Assembly: GCA_964016885.1 (NCBI GenBank)
Contig: OZ024740.1
Location: 80,042,001-80,106,000 of the forward strand
Origin: Eledone cirrhosa
Taxonomy: Eukaryota
Reading direction: 5' to 3'
DNA: 64,000 bases
Both the position numbers and the translations under genes were made by a program. The number at the start of each line of letters is the position of its first letter. Position 1 is the first letter of the stretch. The notes under the pieces were generated by a model that saw nothing but the letters and a program-made list of their open reading frames with translations, made no database searches and was not told the origin of the DNA. Below are positions 39,240 to 51,663 of the stretch, piece after piece.

Positions 39240-42200
39240 TATCTTACTCATATTCTTAGTAAAGCTTTTGTTACGACTACTCATTCCACATCTCTTTCCT
39301 GCTTGTTTCAGCTGAGCAGATGTATATATTATTTTTGATTAACCTGTCATTATACCTCTTTGATGTTCAGTGGTAGATATATGGTCACAACACTTTGTGT
39401 TCAGACACATTGTGTGACACTTTGAACAAGTGTCTTTTATCATAGCCTTTGCTTAACCCTAGTATTGTAAGTGAAGTTGCATAGACAAACATTGTACAGA
39501 AGCCTATTGGATTAACTATGCTTGTTCTAGGATGGCACACTCTATCGATTGCTGAGTTTAACACCACCATGTAGTCCTTGGATGCTTTTAGCATGTGTAA
39601 TGTGGCAAGAATACCCTATTGTGCTTGATATAATAATTTCATTATTATTATAATAATATTATAATAATAATATTATAATAATATTATAATAATATTATAA
39701 TAATTTCATTATTATTATTATATACAGAATTCACTTTGTTAAATCATTTGTTCTAGGCTACTAATCTCTGGTCTGAGTATAGATAATTCAAAATCTTTAT
39801 GAACTGCCTCCTTTGAGCAATTGCTTTTTCTTCTCTATTCTCCCACTAATTTCAGAGCTTCTCGGTAATGAAGCTATACACAAAGTATATCTATATTATA
39901 TGTATGTGATATCAATACTTTTTATGAGTATTTATATTCTTGCCTTAAAGACTTCATAACGTTAATATTAAATCAGTATCAAGTTAGATTTAGTTGGGTA
40001 ATAAGTTCTGTAGATAACATTTAATCCAAATTCTCTAATCCAGAATGTTTTCTTATTATCCAATGTTGTAATATATAATAGTATATTTTCATTAAATAGG
40101 GAACTAATCTAGAGTATGTTCCTGCATTGATATTTGATGTGTTGTCTTGTACCTTTTGCATTAATAGTAAATGTATTCTGAATGTGTTTAATGACTGAAT
40201 CTTTAATATATATATATAGTCTTGTCCCCTGTTGGCAACAAAATATGAAATGAAAATATTTTTTTTTTATCTACTCAGATAATACAAATCCACAATTTGA
40301 TAAGTTTAATCAGTATGGGCATAGTGATTACACTGAAGCAAATTCTGTGAGAATGTGGCCATACAAGACTACAATAATGATGGAGTAGTTAAATGTTTAA
40401 TTGTCAATCATGGGGTTACAGTTTTGATCCCACTGTATAGGATCATAGGCAAATCTCTGCTCAATTCAAGCCTGTTAATGAAATTGGGTAAATGGAAATT
40501 GTGTGGAAGCCCATTAGTTGGATTATACTTGACACATATTCTGTCTGTGATTCTATCAGAAATTTATTTTAAAGATATATATATAGTATTAAACCACTTT
40601 TCATGTTAAGTTAATGAATAGAACATATATTTGATTGAACAACTGAATGTTCATTGTCGAAACTGATGGAAGATCTCTCATTAGAATATGTATATGGTGT
40701 TTAGTCAGCTTGATAACTACATCATATATTTGCTAATACAAACAAATGTAAGCTTTTTACTTTAGCATCTTGTATCACATGAAAACATGGTAGCAAGACA
40801 TTCTCAAAAAGTACAAAACAGTAACAGACTCTCTAATGTGAAAGGGATAATTCCAATTATTATTTAATAAATTAACTAATTATATTGAACATTATTTTTA
40901 GCAAAATTGACTATCACATTAAATAGAAGCTCTGAAAGTTAATGAATCCAAATTGCTTATCCTCTAACAGTATGTTGATAGCATTTTGTTTGTAAACATT
41001 CAGTAGTCTGAGCTACTTTCCTTGACTGCCTATAACATTTATTTGATCCTTAGAAAGTCTTGAAATTGTGTTTTGTATTTTTGAGTCACTGTACAATGTA
41101 GGATTTCTAGAAATATGATTAAGAAGTATCTCATTTAGATGATGTCTATTTATTTAGGAAGAAGCAATGATTTTTGGAGTCTTACCTGTTTGACAAGTGA
41201 CTTGATTTGAGATTCTATTGAAATTAGAGTGTGGAAGAGTCATTTTAGTCATTAAAAAACACACACAAAAACCTTTTCATTTATTTTGCAGAGTCAACAT
41301 TTTTGTTGCACTCTCTGCCACCTTGTCACTAACACAGTTTTATTGCAATAACACCACAAAACAAATGGAAAGTGAATATAACAGTTTTTTGTGTTTTTAA
41401 TATAAATGACTGAAGGCAGCAAATTAGCAGAGTCATTATAATGTCAGATAGAATGCTTTGTGGTATCTATTCTGGATCTCTGCATTCTGAGTGCAAATCT
41501 TGCTGAAGTCAAGTTTACTTTTCGCCCTTCAAGGCTGATAAAAAAAACTACCAGTCCAGTACTGGGGTCGATTTTTATTCTATATCTCTTTCTCACTTCC
41601 TTTCTATAGCTCTCTCTCTCTCTTCTTCTCTGGAAGAAATGAGTTTTTTCTGACCTGGAGAGGAAATACGCTCAAGCATGTTTAACATGTCCAGGACATG
41701 CTATATGTCACTACGGTGCCCCTACAATTCTATCAGGAGTTATGGGTCTATACATACAATTTAAATGGCTAAAATGACTCATCCATGATGTAGTTGCATC
41801 AAATATTTAATTCTAGATTTTTTATCTGCTAAATGCAGTTTTGCTTTGCCTACTTTCATCACATTTAAAGCATTTCACTAATATTAACAAATAACCAACT
41901 GAAAATTCTCTGCTGATCGTTCCATTTGAAAAACTTTAATGTTACATCAATAATATGTCACATTTTCATCTTTTCTTTGTGTCATTGGTAACTTCTCCAA
42001 ACATTAACCAGTGGATATTCTCATGAAGTTTTGTATGAAAGCTTAAACTTTTTCTCAAGCAGAACTTAACTTCTATTAACTAATTTATCTCACATTAGCT
42101 TCTACTCTTCTAAATCTGCTCCATCATATCATTTATACCCAGGCTTACTTTCATTTAAACAGGTTAATATTTCATTTACTCTACACTATTTCTCTCTCTC

Positions 42201-44277
42201 TCTGTATGAAAGAGAGAAAGAGAGAGGGGGAGAAAGAGAAATCATAAAAGTAAATATTAAAGACAAGGTAAAAAGTATTACTAGGTTCACATTCAGAGAA
42301 ATAGAAATGTCTTTAATGTTTTGGATGTAGGTCTTTCATAAAAAAAAAAGAAAGAATGAGAGAAAAAAGAGAAACGGAATGGAAAGAAAAAAGAAAAGTT
42401 TTAAAATGCATGAATCACTTTAGAGCCATTTTGAAAATACCTGGTTGTAACAAGGAAAAAAAAAGTGCTTTCATGTGTAATAGAACAGGAGATAAGATGT
42501 TAGCATAGTGTGTGTGTTGCATATATGTGTATGTGAATCATGTGTATGGTTACAGTGTGTGTTTCTGTGTATGTCTGCAGCGTGTATGATTATAATGTAT
42601 GTGCATATCTGAATTGTGTGTGTATGTGTGAAAGTTGAATGTGTGTGCTTTTGGCATATGATTTGTCTTTTGGCTTGCAGAGTAAATGTGCTCACACCAT
42701 TTATTTTTGTGTGTTATTCTATTCATATGGGTAGGTGCATGTGTGTGTCCATGCACACTTATTTTATTTTGTATGTGTGCATGCATTTTATTTTGTATGT
42801 GTGTTAGATTTCATGTGTTGTGAGTGTTTTGCCTATGTTGCATCATGTATGTATGTGCTGCATGTATTTATGTATGTGTCTCTGTTGTGTGGTACACAGT
42901 TTTTCTCTTATGCCTAGTATCATTTAAAATCCTAAATCTGTTGAAATTTTCGATGGCCTGTGTGAAATTTTGAGGAATTTCATAGATTCAGTTGCTGTGA
43001 TGAAGGTAGCATGCAATATTTCAGAATTTCGTCCCCCTCCAATCTGAAAGTGAGAAAGGGAGATAACCATTTGTGTTACTTGGATTGTAGGCAAGTCAAT
43101 ATGTATATGACAGCCAGTTGGCAGAGTTGTTATGATGTTGGATAGAGATTTTCATATTCTTTTCATCTTTATATGTTCTGAGTTCAAATTTTGCCAACGT
43201 CAATTTTACTTTTCACCCCTTTTGGCTCGATAAATATAATAACAGCCTCTACTGGTGATGATTCTTCTACCCCTTTCTTTGTTTTGTTTTCTCTATAGAA
43301 GAAATCTGTTGTGGTGAGAACTGAATAGAGATTAATTCCACCAGATTAAAAATGCTCTAGCAACGTATATCACAACAGTATCCCTACAACTTGTAGTGCA
43401 CCTGAGCACTGTACACAATGATTTTCACCGAGGTTTCTAGGATGGAAGAATCTAAATATTTACATGTTTACTGCTCAAGCAATAGTATAATGTTTACTAT
43501 TTTCCTTATTCTCAGTTAAAAACCAGGAGCCTGGTGTTTTATATTCTTGACTCCTTGTTAATGAAACTTATTATTCTTGGTATAGCTATTTAAAAAAAAT
43601 GTTTAGTCAGAGAAGAAAGTGCAGTACCAATGAGCCTTTTAGGGGATTCTGAGACTGGTGGGAGGGGAGGATGGAGAAATGTATCCTTAAACTAGAGACC
43701 TGCTCCAAATGCTTGTAAGAGAGTGGACTCTGTTGAAAACACCCAAGGGTTAAGTGGCGGTGTTAAATTAGATAATGGATTAAGTCTGCAACTCAAAGCT
43801 TGTAATATTGTTGAAAAATAAATTCTGATGTCGCATGTCATTGCTGAAAATTTAGACTTTCAGTTGTAATGAGTATACTTCTTATATCAGAACTGAATTT
43901 GCTTAACAGCGTAATAGGAAAGAATAACAAACTCTAGTATCTTTCTCAGAAAGAAATGTACGCTCAAGTGAAAATTATGAAAATAGAATACGATAAATTT
44001 AAATAACTTAAAAATATCAAATAAATAAGCAAGCTCACGAATAAATAATCAAAATATTAAAATAATTAATTAAATATATTCAATTTTATTTCTGCTAATT
44101 TGATGCTGTTTACTTTTTTAGACTAGACTTTGAAGAGAAATAACTCCGTTATATATACCCACTAGTTATCTCCCCTGAGTAGTTTTTTTATCCACCTTGC
44201 TATTTTAATCGAAAGTTTCATTCCGTTGCCGTATTGTTTTGCAGACATTTGATGTGTCGAATGAACGGGATGATAGC

Positions 44278-45510
44278 ATTATTTTACTTAGATGTTCAAA
44301 TCCCGCCGAGGTTAACTTTGCCTTTCATCCTTACGGGGTCGATAAAATAAAGTACCAGTAATACACTGGATATTTGCTGGCCTTGTGCCAAAAGTAGAAA
44401 CAATTATTTTACTTAGATGTATTATGTAGAGGATAGCGTGAAATTTATTTAATTATGTGACACCTGGTTTTCTTAGTCCATTCTGCAAGTATAAACAACG
44501 AGAATACGAAAGGGTTTCACATATGTAATATAGTGAGTGTAGAAGTGTTAATCAACTCGGATTTTGGCAGTATCAGTAGAGGGTTGGACGCCATGCTTTG
44601 ACGCATAGAGTTACTGCCCTTGCCATTCTGAGTTCAAATCCCGCCGAGGTTAACTTTGCCTTTCATCCTTACGGGGTCGATAAAATAAAGTACCAGTAAT
44701 GTACTGGGTAATTGCTGGCCTTGTGCCAAAAGTAGAAACAATTATTTAAGTAGTTTGTACGCAAACTTTATTGCAAGCGGTGTTTACAATCTAAAATACA
44801 CAACAAATAAACAAATAATGACAGGGGAGATAACTCTAATAAGAGAACGTGTGATTGAAATTTTGTTGTTTCTACTTTAGCACAAGGCCAGCAAATAACC
44901 AGTACATTACTGGTACTTTATTTTATCGATCCCATAAGGATGAAAGGCAAAGTAAACATCGGCGGGATTTGAGCTCAGACCGTAAAGGGACGTAACTATG
45001 TGCTGGAAAGTATGGCGTCCGACTCTCTACCGATACTGCCAAATAATTGTTTCTACTTTTGGCACAAGGCCTGCAAAGTACCCAGTGCATTATTATAATA
45101 TAATGAAATTATTGTGTACAGTGCCCAGGTGCACTACAACTCATCAAAGGTGCATGTATAGTACATAGAATAATGTACAAATGTCAGGAAAATGAACAGT
45201 GTATGAGTCATGATATAATAATAATATGAAATATTGTGTACAGTGCCCAGGTGCACCACAACTCATCAAAAAGTGCATGTACAGTACATAGGGCAATGCA
45301 CAAACATCAGGAAAATGAACAGTGCATGAATCATGATACACACGTGTGCATGTGTATGGAAGGGGTACATCAGGTGTAGTTTTGGTGTATTGGTACTTTC
45401 AAATAATTGTTTCTACTTTAGGCACAAGGCCAGCAATTACCCAGTACATTACTGGTACTTTATTTTATCAACCCCGTAAGGATGAAAAGCAAAGTTAATC
45501 TCGGCGGTTT
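44278..45510. mobile_element. Cluster of SINE family 1 copies in both orientations plus tandem CR1 3' UTR fragments
   Basis: SINEs at ~44294-44405 (+), 44563-44746 (+), 44866-45042 (-), 45043-45093 (-) and 45402-45508 (-). CR1 3' ends at ~45098-45215 and ~45220-45385 match 3924-4085. Confidence 0.85.
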
Positions 45511-45901
45511 GGTTAGGCGTATCAATATTATGTTTGTTCAATTGACACTCCTCACGTGTAACATCCTCTTCATATTACTACCAATATCAAATATAAACAG
45601 CAATCAACGTCTCATCAGTTCTTCGAATTCATTTAAAAAATTAACTGCTCAAATTTGACGGGGGGAAAATGAATTTATATTATGATGATAAAATGATACA
45701 GTTAAAATCTGACAAGTCTATAGTAATTACTTTGAGAAGATGGAAATGCAGTGGTTCTGAAATTGTTAATGTAGAAGACAATTGAAGGATATGTAGTTTG
45801 AGTATCATCAGTTGGCTTGTTGCTTCTTTTCCTTTCTCATATTGGGGTACATAACATCTAAATCTTACCTGTTCATTCATAGTAGAAATACTTCATTTTC
45901 T

Positions 45902-46126
45902 CCCTATAGCATTTACATTACTTTATATTTGCTATTATATTTTCATGGTAAACACTTTATTTCACGCAATTATCTCACATAATATTGAATGTATGAGACT
46001 TTGATATTATTTATCTTGAGAACAATACCTTAACATTAGTATGAATGGCTGGTTACAGCTGGTTTAAACAGAAAGAGGTGAGAGAATTCTGGCTGGATAT
46101 GGCTGGTTTAAATGCTAAAGGGTTAA
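45902..46126. mobile_element. Third copy of the TTAA MITE
   Basis: CCCTATAGCATTTAC...TAAATGCTAAAGGG-TTAA. Colinear with 6705-6912. Confidence 0.85.
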
Positions 46127-46612
46127 TGAATAAAATAGAATATTTCCCAATTTCTTCTTTTTGTACATTGCTGAAACACATTCTTCAATGCACACTTATT
46201 CTTACCCTTCCACACAAAAACATCATCAATATGCAACTTTGACATTTCACAATAGACATATTGTTTCCATAAATAAAACCATCTAAACATCCTTCAATGA
46301 GGAGATAACTACCTAATTTCCATAGCAGAAAGATACAATTAATCCACCAGAGCGTTTCAAAATATTCATGTTTATAACACAATTAAATACCACAGCATAT
46401 GTCACTAGACATATCTATTTATATGTAGACTTTTCAGATGTCAAATATATTTCACAGCTAAATATTCATAAGAATTGATTACATTTGACTTAAACCTTTT
46501 GGTGTGTCATAAAATTATTATCAATGACACACTAAAGTGTCAATACAACCAAAGATTTTTTTTATTAGTGACATATATAAAGTGTTGTGACATGCAGTTT
46601 GAACATATGCAT

Positions 46613-46662
<50 letters not shown>

Positions 46663-46904
46663 GGAAACAGTCTTATAATGAAATTTGAAAATTGTGTACA
46701 GTGATCAGGTGCACTACAACTCATCAAAGTCTTGTATTATACCTTTCCCACAACTAAACAATATACAGCTAAAACTTTCAACAAACACTAGAAATGCTAG
46801 ACATCACCCTCTCTTATCAAATTTTGCCTTTCATCCTTTTGAAAGCAATAGAGAAAATATCAGTCCAGTTGGGGACTGAATAACCCCCCCCCCCCATCTC
46901 TCTC

Positions 46905-49900
46905 ACTCACAGAGCTGAAAGTGTTGGTTAAGGTGTTTGCCAAGGGTTACTTGTCATTTTGGTAGTGTAATTGGTGATGCACAAACTTGTGCGATCCCTG
47001 GCAGATCTATCCACAACAACCTCCACCTCATGAGATATATCATATAAGGGGTCAGAAGTAGACATGACTTTGGTGGAGTTCTGGTTAATTTAGATCAGTC
47101 CAAAGTATTTGACAGAGTAGACCATTGCTACCTAGTGGCTGTCCTAAGAACTGCTGGTTTGGGCCTCGTTTTCAGAAGCTGGATTGCTACATTTTATTGC
47201 AGCATCCATTTGGTGGTCAAACTAAATGGCCACTTATTGGACCCTTTCCATATCAAACTCTTGTTTTGCCAGAAATGCCTCCCCACCCCTATGTTGGCTT
47301 TGGAGTCTCTGTTGTGGAGAATAGAAATCTTGAGAGTAATTTCACTTGAACCTGGTCATAGTAGAGATGTGTCTGTGTCTGCAGATGATGTTACAGCCAT
47401 AGTGTTGGCCACTTCACATATAGAATCAGTTGGCCCCATTCTTGAAGAATACCAGCAGGTAACTGGTGCTTGCATTAACTGAGATAAGTCAGTATGTTTG
47501 AAACTCGGTCCATGGATAAGAAAGCCCATGTTGGAGAGTGGAAATATTTGCTGCTGTACCAATGCCCCAGTCAGAATGCTTAGGTCATGAATAAAGTAGC
47601 TTATCTCACTCAGAAATAAGCAAAGAGAAAACTGTTTATCAAAGGTCGCATGAAAGTGGCAAACATGTACAGCTTCGGTGGTATATTACCACCTGACAGT
47701 TGTACCACATTCCCCAAAACACCTAACCAAAAATGATCCGCTTTTTGTGGAAGGGCCAAGTCCAGCTAGTCAGAAAATCCATATACTACCAACATCCACG
47801 CCATGGTGGACTTGGGATGCTGTCACTATTGATGGGCTATGGCTATTGCACCTATGCAATTACCCCAGAACATAATGAAGACAATAACGAAAGCGAACCC
47901 CAACCAGTGTAGGTGCCTTTCGTGTAACATGTCTTTCCACAGCTTGTCTCCTTGACCGAGCTACTGTCCTGCTTTAAGCACAGACCAAGGTTGGCTAAAT
48001 GGCATCTATAATCCTGCCAGGCACACACAGCATTTTACCAACTGAATAACACTTGCATTCTATAGAGTGTTAGTGGAAGGTAATAGTCGTTTCTACTTTT
48101 GGCACAAGGCCAGCAATTACCCAGTACATTACTGGTACTTTATTTTATCGACCTCGTAAGGATGAAAGGCAAAGTTAACCTCGACAGGATTTGAACTCAG
48201 ACCGTAAAGGGATGTAACTATGCTGGAAAGCATGGCGTCCAACCCTCTACCGATACTGCCAATTCGGCTTGGGATTGGCTCTCTGTGTCAATCATGACAA
48301 TCTGAACAGGTTCTTCTGGAGGACCTTCAGTTTGGGGATTATGGGCAATTTCCAAAACTCCTTGGCATGGAAGTGCTACAGAAGGGCGCTACTAGTTCGA
48401 GAGAAGCTCTATAGGCATGGAAGTGCCAATAGCCAAACCTGTTTTGAGATGCATGTAGGGCACTGAAACTGTTTTGCATGCTATCATCCAGTGCCCATGC
48501 CTTGCAGGGTTGTGGGCTTGTTTCGAACAACTATTATGTATAGGATAGATCTAGCTATCAGCCAGGTCTATAGTAAAAATTCAACTGACACCTTTTAGAA
48601 AAGAGGTGCGGCAAATCTTCCTCTTCCCAGTAGCTATGGTGTATGAATCTGTATGATAGACACACCTAAAAGGATTGAGGTTAGGAATTGTCTGGCCAAC
48701 CCCTCTCAACTTCAAGTTCCACTTGAAGAGGAAGGTGAGGGTAAAGAGGGAAGTGCTAGCTTCTAGTATGTTTTATGAAAGATGGGTGAGAGTGATGAGG
48801 CTGAATGGGCCTATACTGACTATGCTTTTCTAAACAGGAGGAAGGAAACTGTGAGAGGGCTCTTTCAATGCCCTGTGAGGCAACCAAGTATGGAGTTCTC
48901 GCTGGAATTACCCTATGAAGGAACTGGTCTTGTTGACATTCGTTATTGTTTTCTAATGTTATGTATATTTTACTCAACGCCTACGACAGTAAAGAAGAAC
49001 AGATAGAGACATTTAACGTAGAAGAGAACTGGGAGTTCCTAAAAAATAACTTACTAGAGGCGACGGATGAGGTTTGTGGCTGGAGTAAGACCTCAAGCAG
49101 GAGGAGAGTGACTTGGTGGTGGAACAATAAGGTAGATGAAGCAGTCAAGGCCAAGAGACAGGCATGGAAAGAATGGAAGAACGGGGGGAGCAGGGTACAT
49201 TACATAGAGACCAAGAGGGAAGCTAGGCGACAAGTATACTTAGCTAGGAGGGAAGCAGAGGATAGAAAATTCAAGCATGTTTTACAACGTGAGGACCAGA
49301 AACAGGAGGTATTCAAGATTGCGAGGCAGTGTGTCAGAGATAGTTGTGATGTCATTGGAGAGAAGTGTATCCGGAATGATAAAGGTGAGCTTGCCCTCAC
49401 AAGTGCTGAGAAGAAAGATGCATGGAAGAGTCATTATGATAGATTACTAAATGAGGAGAATGCATGGGAAGAAGAGACCCTACCCCACGTAGACCCTATA
49501 GAGGGACCAGCAGTACAAGTCAGCGGCAGCGTAGTAAGTAAGGCAATCAGAGATATGAAGATAGGGAAGGCAACCGGTCCATCGGGTATAGCTGCCGAGA
49601 TGCTGAAGGCATCTGGGTCTGTAGGTCACACTATAACCACACGTATCGTTAACCAGGTAATACTAGAGGGGGCCATACCAAAAGATTGGTGCAGTAGCAT
49701 CATTGTCAACTGCTACAAAGGTAAAGGCGATGCACTAGATAGAGGAAACTATAGAGGTATAAAGTTGATGGACCAGGTCATGAAAGTAACAGAAAGAGTT
49801 ATAGCACAGCTGATTAGGGACCGGGTGAATATAGACGAGATGCAATTTGGGTTTGTTCCAGGGAAAGGCACCACTGATGCGCTCTTCCTTGTGAGGCAAT

Positions 49901-51640
49901 TACAGGAAAAGTACCTAGCTAAAAGTAAGCCACTCTACCTGGCATTTGTCGACCTTGAGAAAGCCTTTGACAGAGTTCCACGTGCAGTAATCTGGTGGGC
50001 TCTTAGAAAACTAGGAGTAGATGAATGGCTTGTGAAAGCGGTACAAGCCATGTATAGGGGAGCAGTCAGCAAAGTTAGGATTGGCAATGAGTATAGCGAG
50101 GAATTTAGCGTACAGGTTGGGGTCCACCAGGGCTCTGTTCTTAGCCCTCTCCTGTTCATCATAGTCCTGCAGGCAATAACGGAGGAGTTTAAGACCGGAT
50201 GCCCATGGGAACTCCTGTATGCTGATGACCTCGCACTCATAGCTGAATCTATGGTAGAACTAGAGAATAAATTCCAAACCTGGAAGCAGGGACTAGAGAG
50301 AAAGGGCCTCAAAGTCAACATGACAAAGACTAAGGTCCTTATAAGTAGACGAGAAAACAGAACCCAGATCCCCTCAGGGAAATGGCCTTGCTCAGTATGT
50401 AGGAAAGGTGTAGGTAGGAACTCCATTCTTTGCCCCAAATGCAAACAATGGGTACACAAGAGATGTAGCGGGATCTCAGGAAGCTTAATTAAGAATGTAG
50501 GATTCACATGCAGCAGCTGTGCTGAAACAGCAAGCAAACAGCCACAGGAAACAAGTACCACCAATCTCTGGGAGGGCCCTGTAGAAACAGTAGACAGCTT
50601 CTGCTACCTAGGTGACCGAATTAGCAACGGAGGTGGGTGCTCAGAAAGTACAATAACTAGGGTAAGAACGGGATGGAAGAAGTTTAGGGAACTACTACCA
50701 CTGCTAGCTGCAAAAGGCTTCTCCCTCAGAATGAAAGGCAGACTGTATGATGCGTGTATCCGAACAGCGATGTTGCATGGTAGTGAGACCTGGGCGCTGA
50801 AGGTGGAAGACTTACGTAGATTAGAGAGAAACGAAGCCTGCATGCTCCGATGGATGTGTAACAGTAATATACGTGAACGACAAAGCATAAATGAATTGAG
50901 AGAGAGACTGAGCATAAGAGGAATCAAATGCTGCGTGCAGGAGAGGCGGTTACGCTGGTATGGACATGTGATGCGTATGAAGGATGACAGCTGCATAAAA
51001 AGGTGCAGAGCACTAGAAGTTGATGGAAACCGCGGAGTGGGGAGACCCAAGATGACTTGGGATGAGGTGATAAAAGCCGACCTTACCCAACTACACCTCT
51101 CAAAGTCAATGACACACGACCGTGACTTCTGGCGTCACGCAGTAATACAGGGTACCCGACCTCCCATGGGTACATGCTGAAGCATATAAACAATATGCCC
51201 CCCCCCCCCCCCCACCGCAAGGTGGTCGTGGAGGTGCCACTGCAAAAAAGCACCCAGCCCACACTGTAAAGTGGACGTGTAGGCGCCACGAAAAAGCACC
51301 CAGCACTCACTGTAAATGAGGTTGGTGTTAGGAAGGGCATCCAGCTGTAGAAATCAAGCCAGATCAGTTCCTGTATGAGCAAGGCATGGTCAGCCGACCA
51401 GACACTGCCCACAACAGGACAACCCGTCTAACCCATGCTAGCGTGGAAGAACGGACGTAAAACGGTGATGATGATGATGATGATGATTTATTACAAATTC
51501 TTTCATTGTTATTCCCTATTGTTTTCTCTTTAGTAATGTTTCCTTTCCTTCATTCAGTGCAAAACCCCACCCTGTCATTTTATTTTGTCCATGTATTATC
51601 CCCAATGTCTTAGGTCCTTGTGGCAAATAATGATAATAAT
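46905..51640 (+). mobile_element. Second degenerate L1/Tx1-clade LINE (RT to 3' end) hosting a SINE (48088-48266, -) and an RTE (48965-51486)
   Basis: AQTCAIPGRSIHNNLHLMRYI, LDQSKVFDRVDH.YL, SADDVT, YQQVTGACIN and WKCYRRAL.VREKLY motifs. The T-rich 3' UTR appears to resume after 51486. Confidence 0.75.
48965..51486 (+). mobile_element. RTE family A, young 5'-truncated copy with uninterrupted ~740-codon RT/PHD frame (no endonuclease)
   Basis: ORF 48946-51180 is stop-free with YADD intact, followed by the full 3' UTR and (GAT)7. Confidence 0.96.
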
Positions 51641-51663
51641 ACTAATGATAATTATTATTATAA

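Noticed and set aside
44120-44840. Inverted motif AGTTATCTCCCCTG / CAGGGGAGATAACT as element termini
   Set aside because: A 14-bp inverted match without identifiable TSD or element ends. Insufficient to call.
51212-51320. CRISPR-like repeat-spacer array in RTE 3' UTR modules
   Set aside because: Only 2-3 diverged units with homologous 'spacers', eukaryotic context and no cas genes.
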